From Octopus sinensis (Eukaryota): a stretch of DNA of 64,000 bases. The stretch is taken from the NCBI RefSeq assembly GCF_006345805.1, contig NC_043012.1:33914001-33978000 (forward strand). The letters run 5' to 3'. The notes under the pieces are model-generated. The model had not been told where the DNA came from, did no database searches, and was given only the letters and a program-made list of their open reading frames with translations. Of the stretch, positions 1 through 12,955 are shown one piece after another. Positions within the stretch are counted from its first letter, which is position 1, and every line of letters starts with the position of its first letter. Made by a program: the position numbers and the translations under genes.

Positions 1-507
1 ATCTATCATGGCGACACACATATATATCATCATTATCCTCATTTAATGTCTGTTTTCCATGCTGGCATGATTTGACAGGAGCTGACCAGGCTGAAAGGCT
101 AAAGGGCTCCCTGTCTGTTTTAGCATGGTTTCTATGACTGGATTAATAAGTTAACTTCTTAACTACACAGCCATGCAAGTACATATATAGATATGTGCAC
201 ATACACACATACATGTCTCACTGCATGTAGCAACACACTTTGTATACAAGTATTCTAGACTCTTCCCTTCACCTTGAATGAGAAGGTTTGTTGTCAGCAG
301 AGGTATTAGCTCCATTTTGTCCTTATTGTGACTATCACACCTCATATGTCCACATTATCTATAAACACACACAGTTCTCAATTGTTATGGTTCTGTACCG
401 CCCAGTTGTACACAAGTTGTCTCACAGTTATGTTTAATTATGTAATGTATAATGAAATTCTACATGTAATAAATAGATATTTGTGACACCTAAATAGATA
501 TAATTTA

Positions 508-1082
508 GGGAAGAGGTAGACCCAGGAAGACCTGGGATGAAGTGGTGAAGCATGACCTTTGAACATTAGGCCTCATCGAGGCAATGACTAGTGACCGAGA
601 CTTTTGGAAATATGCTTTGCTTGAGAAGACCCGGCAAGCCAAATTAGACCATAACCAGCCCACTTATGCGTACCTTTCCTTCATTGGACACTAAACTCTA
701 CTTGCGAAGACCTATTGAGGCAAGTGAAATCAAAATCAAATTTGATGACTGGCATCTGTTCTAGTGGAATGCTAAGAGCACCATCTGAGTGTGATCGTTG
801 CCAGAGCGGCTAACTGGCTTCTGTGCTGATGGCACGTAAAAAGCATCATTTGAGTGTGGCTGTTTGCCAGTACTGCCTGACTGGCCCTCATGCCGGTGGC
901 GCATAAAGGCACCCACTACGCTCTCGGAGTGGTTGGCATTAGGAAGGGCATTCAGCTGTAGAAACTCTGCCAGACCAAGATTGGAGCCTGGTGCAGCCGT
1001 CTGGTTCGCCAGCCCTCAGTCAGACCATCCGACCCATGCTAGCATGTAAAACGGATGTTAAACAACAACAATGATGATGATT
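508..1082 (+). mobile_element. RTE-type LINE 3' end (RT tail plus 3' UTR with (GAT)n tail)
   Basis: GRGRPRKTW-like coding tail followed by the family 3' UTR ending gttaaac...gatgatga. Confidence 0.8.
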
Positions 1083-1389
1083 AAATATTGCATATAGCAA
1101 ATAACTGTGTAGATATTATCTAAATGTATGTGAACATATATAGGTATATGTCATACATATAACTACATATAGAAAACCTGTGTAATATGAAGATAGAGCA
1201 TGACCTACAACTGTTTTTAATCTTCAGTTTTGATTTTTAATTGATTTGTTTTTATATCTCTGAAAATTAAATATCTTCTCCTTAACCCCCTCTCCCCACC
1301 TTGTTACCTCTAACTAATGGGAAAAACCATTATGTGGTTGCTCAACATGATAGTGATAGCAACCAAATCTCCCTCAAATCACACTCTAA

Positions 1390-2022
1390 TCGTCGTCGTT
1401 TAACGTCCACTTTCCATGCTAGCATGGGTTGGACAATTTTGACTGAGGGCTGGCGAACCAGATGGCTGCACCAGGCTTCAATCTTGATTTGGCAGAGTTT
1501 CTACAGCTGGATACCCTTCCTAACGCCAACAACTCCGAGAGTGTAGTGGGTGCTTTTACATGCCACTGGCACAGGGTCAGTCAAGCAGTACTGGCAACGA
1601 CCTCGCTCGAATTTTTTTACACATGCCACCGGCACAGGTGCCAGTAAGGCGATGCTGGTAATGATCACGCTCGAATGGTGCCCTTTTACGTGCCACGGGT
1701 ACGGAAGCCAGTTAGCCGCTCTGGCAACGATCACGCTCGGATGGTGCTCTAATGTCTCAAAAACATATTTTGAGATACATTTGATAATCTAGTTTCGTAT
1801 GTGGTTGATGGCAGCGCCACCCTGACTGGCTTCCGTGCCGGTGGCACGTAAAAAGCACCCACTACACTCACAGAGTGGTTGGCGTTAGGAAAGGCATCCA
1901 GCTGTAGAAACACTGCCAGATTAGACTGGGCCTGGTGCAACCTCCTGGCTTCTCAGACCCCATTCAAATCGTCCAACCCATGCTAGTATAGAAAGCGGAT
2001 GTTAAACAATGATGATGATGAT
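1390..2022. mobile_element. Two RTE 3'-UTR fragments in inverted arrangement (1390-1750 minus, 1790-2022 plus)
   Basis: cgtttaacgtcc...catgctagcatgggttggac at the left end; its reverse complement plus (GAT)n at the right end. Confidence 0.8.
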
Positions 2023-2532
2023 GTAATGCAAGAAATTTAATGAAAAGCAATCTTGTGGTGGCAGCGGCAGCAGGGAGTTAGCAATTATAGGGGCATGTCA
2101 GAGATTACAAGGATCAAATATGTTCCTGATTTTAGGTTCGAAAAATGAGGAGAGAAGCTACATTATATTTAAAGTGACATTGTATTTAAATATGGTGAGA
2201 GACTGTTAATGTTGTGTAATTATACATAAAATAATATATAGCATTGTATACAAGGTGGTGGTAGTGGTGGAGAAATGGGGTTGTGAGACTGGTAAAGCAA
2301 GAGGGCAGTGTAGAAAAATGTTTACAAAACATTCATTTAAACAAATAAAGTGTTACTAAATGGCTGTCATACGTGTTCTGTTGTTCAGCTAGGCGGTACT
2401 AGGTGGAATGAAGTTTTTAAAGTTAATATGAAATAGATATTACAATGGTTTTTCCTACAATATACAAGCCTTGCAGATTTTAATCATATTGTTTACATTT
2501 TAATATTTTGTCATTTCTCTAGAAACATACTG

Positions 2533-2564
<32 letters not shown>

Positions 2565-2566
<2 letters not shown>

Positions 2567-3045
2567 TCATCATCATCATTGTTTAACGTCTGTTTTCCAT
2601 GCTAGCATGGGTTGGACGGTTCGACCGGGGTCTGGGAAGCCAGGAGGCTGCACCAAGCCGAGTCAGATCTGGCAGAGTTTCTACAGCTGGATGCCCTTCC
2701 TAACGCCAACCACTCCGTGAGTGTAGTGGGTGCTTTTTATGTGCCACCGGCACAGGTGCCAGGGGAGGCTGGCAACATCCACGATCGGTTGGTGCTTTTT
2801 ATGTGCCACCGGCAGGGAAGCCAGTCAAGGTGGCACTGGCTTTGGCCACATATGGATGGTGCATTTTAGGTGCCACCAGCACAGGTACCATGGTAGGCTG
2901 GCAATGGCCACGAACAGTTGGTACTTTTTAGGTGCTATGGTAGGCTGGCAACAGCCACAAACGGTTGGTGCTTTTTACGTGCCACTGGCACGGAAGCCAG
3001 TCAAGGTGGCGCTGGTATCAGCCACTTACCAATGGTGCTTTTTAG
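2565..3045 (-). mobile_element. RTE 3'-UTR fragment
   Basis: (CAT)n tail, family core, internal ~60-bp subrepeats; sits next to a (TA)n tract. Confidence 0.85.
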
Positions 3046-3744
3046 GCTTCTCATGACCCATTAGGTCACTGATGGTTTAGGTAATAAAATATTGAAGCTG
3101 ATTTTAACATTGCATTGAAATGAAAGTTAATTTTATGATGATTCAGTTAAATATTTCAATTTGTTCGTGTCATCATAGGTCTGGTTTACAAATTCATGTT
3201 TAAAGTTTTATTAATTATTCACAGTATCTAATAGAATATTTATGGCACATGTGCACACTTCTACAAAATTGCAAAAGGAATTGTTATATAACGTAAGCAT
3301 AAAATTAATGGAAACAGCTTTCACAGTATTAAAAACAGTAATTCACTCACCATGTCACGGTTCACCTATCACATCCTCAAAACATCACAAGTTTCTGTGG
3401 CCAATAGGTATTTATATTTTTTTTTTAGATTTTAATTATTTCTGTGGTAAAATAAACCTTTTCACACAAAAACTACATGTTTTGGAGACTCGGCAAGCAA
3501 GCCGTTGTTCTGTGTGTTCACCATTTCTTCATACTAGAGCTTCCGACACAAATGCCAAGCATTACAGCATGTCATTTCCAAACTTCTGGCAGAGTGAATT
3601 GTGTCATGGTGCTGTTTTCCCCACAGACGGTCCCCAACTGACCCTACTATACTGTGTAGTTAACAAAATCAAAAGCAAACAATGTGCATGTGCAAAATTA
3701 AAAGTATAAAATGGCAAAACTTTACCCATTGCACCCTGTATATA

Positions 3745-3794
<50 letters not shown>

Positions 3795-3804
3795 CCAGTG
3801 AAGG

Positions 3805-4128
3805 CACATGGTTAGTGTCGAGCTTACGATCGTGAAGCTGTGAGCTCAAATCCCGGACTGGGCTGCGTGTTGTGTTCTTGAGCAAGACACTTTATTTCAT
3901 GTTGCTCCGGTTCACTCAGCTGTAGAAATGAGTTGCAACGTCACTAGTGCCAAGCTGTATCAGCCCCTTTGCCTTTCCCTTGGATAACATCAGTGGCATG
4001 GAGAAGGGGAGACTGGTATGCATGGGCGACTGCTGGGCTTCCATAAAGCAACCTTGCCCTGACTTGTGCTTTGAGAGGGTAACTTTCTAGGTGCAATCCC
4101 ATGGTCAGTCATGACCGAAGGGGGTCTC
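3805..4128 (+). mobile_element. tRNA-headed SINE (family C)
   Basis: Degenerate A/B boxes (tggttag...gagctcaaatccc), gtgttcttgagcaagacacttta core and gttcactcagctgtagaaatgag motif. Confidence 0.7.
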
Positions 4129-4583
4129 AGACAAAAATACTCCAGTCCCCAACTGTTAAATGTTTTAGCAACTCTAGAAAAATGAAAGACAAGGCAACAC
4201 TGAGTGTAAAGACTATGGTTAAATCCATTAAGCATTAATCCCATTTTGTTAAATCCATTAGGCATTAATCCCATTTTGTATTGATTGTGCCAAGCCATCT
4301 ACACTCTACGGATTATTGCGAGAGACTTCATATGTTATTAGCCCTGTGTGTGTTATGAAAGTCTGTTTATTTCTAGGAGAGGAAGATAAGAAGTAAAATA
4401 TATACACACACACACACACACACACATTCATTCTCTCTCTCACATTGTTCTTTGACTAGTTCCAGTCATTGCAAGCCCTGCCCTCAAGGGATCAGATGAC
4501 CATATTATCCCCAGCACTTATTTTTGAGCATTTATCTCTGTTCATCAAATTATTAGCTTTCAGTTGATATAAACAAACTTAAA

Positions 4584-4788
4584 GACGGCGAGCTGGCAGA
4601 ACCGTTAGCACGCCGAGCGAAATGCGTAGCCGTATTTCGTCTGCCGTTATGTTCTGAGTTCAAATTCCACTGGGGTCGATAAATTAAGTACCAATTACAC
4701 ACTGGGGTCGATATAATCGACTTAATCCGTTTGTCTGTCCTTGTTTGTCCCCTCTATGTTTAGCCCCTTGTGGGTAAGAAAGAAACAT
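4584..4788 (+). mobile_element. SINE family A (GGCGGCGAGCTGGCAG head), internally deleted, with TSD
   Basis: Flanked by the direct repeat atataaacaaactt; near-identical copies occur elsewhere in the window. Confidence 0.85.
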
Positions 4789-4964
4789 ATATAAACAAAC
4801 TTCACAGATGGTTAAATGGTATAAATGAAACAGGGATCTATGGATGACAGGAGCTAGGGAGCCACAATAGGTTCCAGCTGTCTGTTTTGGCATGGTTTCA
4901 ATGGTTGTGTGTTCTTCCTAATGTCAACCATTTTACAGAGTGTACTGGGAGTTTTGTAAATGGC

Positions 4965-5375
4965 ACCATACGAGTGAGATCATTGCCAGAGCAACAAGCT
5001 GGCCTTCGTGCCGATGGCATGTTGCGCACACCATTCGAGCGTGATCATTACAGTGTTGCCTTACTAGCACTTGTGCTGGTGGCATGTGAAACATTCAAGC
5101 GAGGTCGTCGCCAGTGCCACTGAACTGGTTCCTGTGCAGGTGGCACGTAAAAAGCACCATTTGGGCGTGGCCGTTGCCAGTACCACCAAACTGGCCCTCG
5201 TGCCGGTGGCATGTAAAAGCACCCACTACACTCTCGGAGTGGTTGGCATTAGGAAGGGCATCCAGCTGTAGAAACTCTGCCAGATCAGATTGGAGTCTGG
5301 TTCACCAGACCCCGGTTGAACCGTCCAACCCATGCTAGCATGGAAAGCGGGCGTTAAATGATGATGATGATGGTG
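4965..5375 (+). mobile_element. RTE 3'-UTR fragment
   Basis: Family core and (GAT)n tail. Confidence 0.8.
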
Positions 5376-5954
5376 CACCAGCACAAGTGCTTTATATGTG
5401 GAACCATCATGAGTGTCTCTTAACATGGCACCAACAAGGGATGCTTCTTATGTGACACCAGCTTGAGATTTTTTTTATGTGGAACCAGCACCTGCAGGCT
5501 TGCAGGACAAGGGCCTCTCAACTGAGAGAGGAAATGGAACTGAGAGATTAGAGCATGATACAGAGACAGGGTTAGCCCTCTTACTATTGAGAAGATATTT
5601 GGCTGCCTCAGTAGGACAAGGGAGGAGAGGAAGGTGGGAGAGAGTTAGAGGGCCTTCTGATAGGGAACAATGGGAGTATTATAAGTAGTATAGAGGGGGG
5701 GATGTTCCATAAGAGTGTGAGGGGAGATGTTTAGAGACAGCAGAGATAGCAAGTGATGTTGAGAAGAATTGAAGTGGCTAGGAGGGAGTAGAGTAGGTAT
5801 GTGAGGGCATAGAGAGTGTGCTGATAGGCACATGTGGGAGAAAGGAGGGGGCCTGCAGTGGGGTGGGGAAGATGGGTTGTGGGGAATGTTTGATTGTAAA
5901 AAGAATTGTGTGTGAGAGTCAGGGCGGAGGGCATTGTCATAAAGGATATGCCTA

Positions 5955-6375
5955 TTACTCTTTTACTTGTTTCAGTCATTTGACTGCGGCCATGCCAGAG
6001 CACCGCCTTTAGTCGAAGAAATCGACCCCAGGACTTATTTTTTGTAAGCCTAGTATTTATTCTATCGGCCTCTTTTGCCGAACCACTAAGTTACAGGGAA
6101 GTGAACACACCAGCATCAGTTGTCAAGCGATGTTGGGGGACAAATACAGACACACAAACATATACACACACACACACATACATACATATATATATATATA
6201 TACATATATACGACGGGCTTCTTTCAGTTTCCGTCTACCAAATCCACTCACAAGGCTTTGGTCAGCCCAAGGCTATAGTAGAAGACACTTGCCCAAGGTG
6301 CCACACAGTGGGACTGAACTTGGAACCATGTGGCTGGTAAGCAAGCTACTTACCACACAGCCACTCCTACGCCTA
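5955..6375 (-). mobile_element. SINE family B (tRNA-like head, internal (TA)n/(CA)n, ttcggcaaaagag..gatagaat tail)
   Basis: Matches the copies at 20335, 31345 and 48018. Confidence 0.85.
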
Positions 6376-6384
6376 TATGTATGG

Positions 6385-7160
6385 ATGGCCACAATTTTAC
6401 TTAGCTTGAGGTGTCTTCTCAAGCACAGCAAATTGCCAGAAATCTCAGTCCCTTGTCTATGGGACTCAACATCTGAAGGTCCTTTCTCACCACTTCCTCC
6501 CACAACTTCCTGAGTCTACCCTTTCCACAAGTTCCCTCTACAATAATAGATCAGCACTTCTTTATACAGCTGTCCTCATCCATATGCATCATATGACCAA
6601 ACCAGCACAGTTTTCTCTCTTGTACACTACATGCGATGCCCCTCACACCCAGTTTTACTTTCAAATCATTTAGGCTCTGTCATACAACTCTGAGAAAGAG
6701 GCCATTTGCTACCAACAAAGGTAGAAGCTGTCTAAACTTTTCCCAGCCTTTTCTTATTTTGGCAACTATGGTTTCAGAACTTCTTCCTCCGCTGCTAACT
6801 TGATTGCTTAGGTAACATAAGCTATCTACTACTTCTAAGGGTTCCACCTGACATTTGAGTAAGTTTGTTCTCTGTACACTCTTAGTGTTTATTCTACCCA
6901 TACATCTGCCACACCCAAAGACTACTTTCTCTGTAAACCTTCCCATGATGCTGCTGCACCTCTTATGTTTCTATTCGCTTGCACTGGGTACACCAGTGTT
7001 TCTACCAAAACCTTTTCTTCATAGCGAGCAGGGTCATCATCTCCCTGAAGGGATTTGTAATTTGTTTGTTTTCCTATTAAGACTGTGGTCTTTGCTAAAT
7101 TAGCTACAAGGCCTTTTGGTTCCAGACCTTACTTCCACACCTGAAATTTCCTTGGGTTTC
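6385..7160 (-). mobile_element. RTE-type LINE ORF relic (post-RT Cys/His-rich region)
   Basis: Frames give EKVVFGCGRCMGRINT...LEVVDSLCYL...KIRKGWEKFRQLLPLL, homologous to 46100-47250. Confidence 0.85.
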
Positions 7161-7169
7161 TTTATAGTT

Positions 7170-8258
7170 TCTGTGGATCAAATTTCCATGGATCAAAGTA
7201 AAAGAACATCCCTGGAAAATAATGAACAGTCTGGAAGACCTACCATGAGCATCATCCCCGGAAAAGTGGGGAAAATTCGTCAGCTTGTGTCTGAGAATTG
7301 TTGGAGGATAAACAACAAACTTGTTGATGTTGTTGGTCTGTTGTATGGGTCCTTGCTAACAATCCTCATGTCTGTCTTAAACATCTCGCATGTCTGTGAA
7401 CATCCCATGTGAACATCCCATGTGAACATGTCTGTGAACATGTCATGTGAATATGTCTGTGAACATGTCTGTGAACGTGTCTGTGAGCATGTCATGTGAA
7501 TATGTCTGTGAACATGTCTGTGAACATGTGATGTGAACATCACATCAAGGTCTGTCTAGATCTCAGTCAGCATGCCACTGACGACCCCTCTTTCATGTCG
7601 AAGATCATCACTAATGACAAGAGTTGGGTCTGTGCATGTGACCCCGAGACAAAGCAGCAGTCATCACATTTGAAGAGCCCTTCGTCTCCATGACTGAAGG
7701 AAGCACGACAGAGATGCAGCTCAATCAAGAGCATGTTCATCATTTTTTTTTTCGACATTCATGGTATTGTGCATTGAGAATACGTCCCCCAGGGACTGAC
7801 CATCAGTTGAGACTTCTGCTTCAGTGTTTTGAAGTGTTTGAGGGAGGACATTTGGCGAAAGGGACCGAATCTGTGGAGCTTGGAGAATTGCACAACAACA
7901 ACAACAACACACCCTTTCACCAACCTCTCCTCACACATGAGTTTCTCACCAATAAACAACATGGTATCACTTCTGTACCTGCCCTATTTGCCAGATTTGC
8001 AGACTTCCATCTCTTCCGCAAGATGAAAAGGCAGCTCAAAGATCATTGTTTTAACACAGTTATTGAGATCCAGAGCAAACTGCAGAAGGTCCTTGGCTTA
8101 TGGAAAACAACTTCCAGGTTGGATTCCAAAAGTGGCAGGAACACTGGAACTGGTGTATTGCTGTGACTATTTCAAAGGAAATGATGTTGAAACTTAGGTA
8201 AATAAGTTATTTTTCATTAAATAGAACTAGTCTAGGAACTTTTTGATACCATCTTATA
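7170..8258 (+). mobile_element. Degenerate mariner (DD34D) transposon interrupted by a minisatellite
   Basis: RTSLENNEQSGRPT (HTH region), KIITNDKSWV..DPETKQQS, FRKMKRQLKDHCF; several frameshifts; terminal ggaactttttgatac. Confidence 0.85.
7388..7545. repeat. Minisatellite, ~12-bp unit ATGTCTGTGAAC with variants
   Basis: About 12-13 tandem units read directly. Confidence 0.9.
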
Positions 8259-8819
8259 TACAACGGGCTTCTTTCAGTTTTCTTCTACCAAATCTACTCA
8301 CAAGGCTTTGGTTGGCCCAAGGTGCCACACAGTGGGACTGAATCTGGCTGGAACCATGGAGTTGGGAAGTGACCTTCTTTCAACACAGCCAACACAAAAT
8401 AAAAACGTAAACAATCACCACTCCACCACCATTAATCAATACTGATAGAAAATGAACAAACGAAGAGGGTGGGGTGTCTTGATAATGGTGAAAATAGATT
8501 TTAAAAAAACCATATGCATACAACAGTCACTACAATAAAAAACCAAATATAAAGCAAGGTAACAGGGTAGGTATGAGGTTGTACTAAGCAGTGATGGTGG
8601 TGGTGGTGGCTGAGCAAAAAAAGTCATTGACTAATAAACTCTTGTGTCACTTGAACTGATAAAAAAAGTTTTGGTTTGATCCTGACAAAAGAGGTTTAAG
8701 GTGTGTCAGTGTGTCACCGTCTTACTCATAACAGTTACCAGATTTTATTCAGCTTATTTTACATTTTCATGGTTTTTTTCTTGTCATTCTCCTTTGTTGA
8801 AGTCAATGCAATCAATTAA

Positions 8820-9250
8820 CCCCCACTCCCCTCAAAATTGTCGGCCTTGTGCCTTATTACTTTTTGCCTTTTTTTAAGGCGGTGAGCTGACAGAATTGTT
8901 CCCATGCCAGGTGGAAATACTTAGCAGCATTTCATCCGTCTTTACATTCCATTCCATGTTCAAATTCTTGCTATGGTTGACTTTGCCTTTCCTCCTTTTG
9001 GGATCAATAAAATAAGTACCAGCTGAACTCTGGGTCAATGAAATCAACTTACTTCAAACCCAAAATTGCTGACCTTGTACTAAAAGTTGAAACCGCTGTT
9101 TTTCGTTTTTTTACAGTGAGCTGGCAGAATCATTAGCATACTGGGCAAAATGCTTGCTGGCATTTTCTCTTTCTTTACATTCTGAGTTCAAATTTAGCCA
9201 TGGTTGACTTTGCCTTACGACCTTTCAAGATCAATGAAACAAGTACCAGA
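8820..9250. mobile_element. Degenerate SINE family A copies
   Basis: gagctggcagaat...gttcaaatt...gttgactttgcct motifs repeated. Confidence 0.65.
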
Positions 9251-9329
9251 TGAGTACTTGGGTCATTATTTCTGCTTTACACAGTTTCTTAAACTGGCTT
9301 GGTTTTCTTTTAAGGTTTCCCCATCAGGT

Positions 9330-9745
9330 CTGAAACTTCAGACAGAAAAAAACCTTTTGCAGGATATGAGTAGTGCCTAATGATGTAGCACTTTTTATAT
9401 AGTGCCAATGCCATATTTGGTTTTAAGTTGATCAAAGAATTGCAACAATTTCTTTGGGATGGACCCCAGTGCCCTTACCACTGCAGGAATGACTTTTGTA
9501 GTGGTGTTCCTCATTCTTGGTAGTTACACCTACAAGTTGGCATTGATGGGAATCAATTCAACTTTTTTAGCAGCCACATTATGGTCATCGGGGACAGCTA
9601 TATCAATAGTAAAAGTTTAGAGGGTCTCTTTGACCACCAATATGATGTCACTCTCTCCATGTGTACATTAAAGTCTCACAGAATTTTAGCACTGTTCTCC
9701 ATGACTGTCTGTGCTCTCTCCTCTATTCACCCAAATTCTCATGTA
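9330..9745 (-). pseudogene. R4/Dong-clade non-LTR retrotransposon relic, C-terminal REL endonuclease
   Basis: Minus frames read ...DII....TFTIDIAVPDDHNVAAK...VIPAVVRALGSIPKKL, typical of PD..D REL domains; stops and frameshifts present. Confidence 0.7.
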
Positions 9746-9759
9746 CTTTTAATCTAGAG

Positions 9760-9851
9760 CAGTGGTTCTCAACCAATTTTGTTATGGACCGCGCCCCCGA
9801 TTCTTAGTTTTCCTTACTGGACCCCCATTCAATGTTTAAATAAAGCCTAGG

Positions 9852-9894
<43 letters not shown>

Positions 9895-10559
9895 ATATAT
9901 ATATCAAGTAGGTACTGTAAATTTAGGGTTAATACTTGATAAGTGTAAGCACCTGTATATGCCAGATAGTGGCAGAGGTGAGAGAGAATATATCAAATAA
10001 AATTGAAAACAGAACACAAAGGATATCGTGGTACACGTGTTTCAAGCTTTATAAACAACCTGTTCTTACATCAGTCAACATAGTTAACTCTATGTTGCCT
10101 GGTGATACAGTATGGGCAGATTTTCGAAATCCAATGAATCTTTATACATTTATACAGTTAGGAAATTTTACAAGTACACTTTTTTCAAGGAGATATGATA
10201 AACCTATTATAATAGGTAATACTACATGTGCTTTTCATATTTTTTATGTTATGATGTAATTCTTTGGACTAACAATGTTTGTGGCTGAAGAGAGCTTTAA
10301 ACCATCTTTTATATCAATAATACACTGATGTTATAAGCTTGAAACACGTGTACTGCGATATCCTTTGTGTTCTGTTTTTAATTTTATTTGATTTATATAC
10401 ATATATATAATTAAATATTATTAGGAATTGTGTGGAAAAAAATGTTAAAATATTTGTTTTATTTAAAAGTATAATCAATTTATTGCCAATAAACTTTAAT
10501 GACAAAATTTTATATGCACCTCTAAGGATCATCATGTAGACCTCGGTTGTGAAGCACTG
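9760..10559. mobile_element. Non-autonomous hAT (Charlie-like) element
   Basis: TIR cagtggttctcaacc / ggttgtgaagcactg; 8-bp TSD atctagag/acccagag (NTCTAGAN-like); internal inverted repeat ~9990-10060 vs ~10330-10390. Confidence 0.7.
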
Positions 10560-10754
10560 ACCCAGAGCTTAGAGAGGCCCCAGTTAATGTACTGACTCAT
10601 TGTGGTAGGCTTTGTGTGCATGTTTGTGCGATCATCCAACATGCACAAACAACGTGTGTGCACATTCTCTACAGCTTTCCCACACAAGCAGCTCTTGTCA
10701 CATTCAGCATTCTTGCAGACTGCTTTATGGACCTCATCCTGAGCTACAATGATA

Positions 10755-12485
10755 ATGGCAAGCTGGCAGAATCATCAGCATGCCACACGCAGTGCTTGGT
10801 GGCTTTTCTTTCAGCTTTTTTTATGTTCTGAGTTCAACTTCCACTTTCAGGGTCAATGAACTAAAGTACCAGTCATGTACATGGGGAAGGGCAGTGTCAG
10901 TGTCATTGACTAAAAATTTCTCCTAAAATTATTAGTCTTTTATCAAAGTTTGAAGCAATTTTTACCTTAATTGATAAGGTGGCAAGCTGGCAGAATCATT
11001 AGCACACACGGCAAAATGCTTAGCAGCATTTCATCCATCTTTGCATTCTGAGTTCAAATTCCACTGAGGTTGACTTCACCATTCATCCTTTCAGGGTCAA
11101 TAAAATAAGTACCTATTTCTTTACTACCCACAAGGGGCTAAACACAGAGAGGACAAACAAGGACAGACAAACGGATTAAGTCGATTATATCGACCCCAGT
11201 GCGTAACTGGTACTTATTTAATCGACCCCGAAAGGATGAAAGGCAAAGTCAACCTCGGCGAAATTTGAACTCAGAACGTAGCGGCAGATGAAATACTGTT
11301 AAGCATTTCGCCCGGCGTGCTAACGTTTCTGCCAGCTCGCTGCCTTTAATAAAATAAGTACCAGTTAAACACTGGGGTTGATGTAACTGGCTTTCCCACC
11401 CTTCCCTTACACCCTTCCCACAAAATTGCTGACCTTGTTCCAAAATTTGAAATCATTATTATTAAGGCGATAAGCTGGCAGAATCATTAGCACACTGGAC
11501 GAAATTCTTAGCAGTATTTTGCCCATCACTACGTTCTGAGTTCAAATTCCACCTAGGTCAACTTTGCCTTTTATCCCTTCAGGGTCTATAAATTGAGTAC
11601 TAGTGAAACACTGGGGTCGATGTAATTGACTAGTCCCTCCCCACAAATTTGAGGCTTTGTTCTTCCAGTAGAAAGGATTATTATTATTATGGTGAGCTGG
11701 CAGAATCGTTTCAACACAAAACCAACTGCTTAGCAACATTTTGTCCACCTTTGCATTCTGAATTCAAATTCTGCTAAGGTCAACTCTGCCTTTCATCCTT
11801 TGGGGGTTGATAAAATGAATATCTGTTGAATACTGGGGTCAGTGTATAATCAACTTACCTCACCCCTCAACATTGCTGGCCCTGTGCCAAAGTTTGAAAC
11901 CATTATTCGTGAAGGCAGCAGTATTGTTTCCAGCCATGTTTGTTTGTTTGTCCGTTGACAAGATATTCCAAGAACTGCAGGATGGATTTGGATGAAACTT
12001 TCAGGGATGTTTGGCCTTGTGACTGGCACAAACTGATTAGATTTTGGGTTTGATCTGGTACTGGACAAGGATTCTTGATTATTTTTTCCTGTTTTTTTAC
12101 TTAATTTTTGTGAGCGGTCTGGTTCATTTTCAATATTCTCGTTTGTGAGAGCAGTTGAGTTTATTTCAGATATTCTCATTTTAAAAATCATCTCTGATTA
12201 ATCGTTGAGAGAATGTTGGTGTTGCCTTGGCGGAAGTTTTCACTCTGAGTGATCTTGTTAATATTATTATAAAGATGGTGAACTGGCAGTATTGTTAGCC
12301 AGCTGGACAAAATGCTTAGCAGCATTTCTTCTGTCTTTGTGTCCTGAGTTCAAATTCTACTGAGGTTGACTTTGCCTTTTATCTTTTGGGGGTTGATGAA
12401 ATAAGTACCAGTTGAACACTGGGGTTGATGTAATGTGACTAGACCCTGCCCCCAAATTTCGGACTTTGTGCCTATAGTTGAAAGG
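10755..12485. mobile_element. Cluster of about 7 SINE family A copies in both orientations, including a well-preserved minus copy at 11107-11346
   Basis: Repeated gctggcagaatc..ttagca, gttcaaatt and aagtaccag..ctggggt motifs. Confidence 0.75.
11908..12266 (+). mobile_element. Helentron/HINE-like non-autonomous element
   Basis: (tttg)n near the 5' end, ggatttggatgaaactttcagg core, 3' ggcggaagttttcactctgagtg..cttgtt. The resemblance to known families is from memory. Confidence 0.45.
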
Positions 12486-12499
12486 ATTATTATTATCAT

Positions 12500-12765
12500 A
12501 TGGCACCCGCGCCGGTGGCATGTGTAAAAGATTCGAGCGAGGTCGTTGCCAGTGCCGCCTGACTGGACCCATGCTAGTGGCACGTAAAAAGCACCCACTA
12601 CACTCTCGGAGTGGTTGGCGTTAGGAAGGGCATCCAGCTGTAGAAACTCTGCCAGATCAAGATTGGAGCCTGGTGCAGCCATCTGGTTCGCCATCCCTGT
12701 CATTCGTCCAACCCATGCTAGCATGGAAAGCGGACATTAAACGATGATAATGGTGATGATGATAT
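12500..12765 (+). mobile_element. RTE 3'-UTR fragment
   Basis: Family core and (GAT)n tail. Confidence 0.8.
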
Positions 12766-12955
12766 CAAAAATCTTGACCGTTATATTTGTTTTTTTTGTT
12801 CTTTATTAGGTTTTTTTTTTTGTTTGTTTGTTTATCATACAAGAAGCACTAGTTATTTCTACAATTTTTACTCCCACATATTCCAATAGACATCTTCTTT
12901 CTGTTTTGAGCGTTTTGTACTTTGATGTAACTTTGGACTATATTATCCTTTGCAG

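Noticed and set aside
3242-3709. 155-aa plus-strand ORF
   Set aside because: No recognisable motif; crosses a poly-T tract; composition is intron-like.
5500-5930. Purine-rich tract (and C-rich tracts at 18050-18330 and 62040-62270) as coding or G4 elements
   Set aside because: Low-complexity sequence with no consistent frame or periodicity.
7690-8166. 158-aa ORF
   Set aside because: Mostly an off-frame reading of the decayed mariner.
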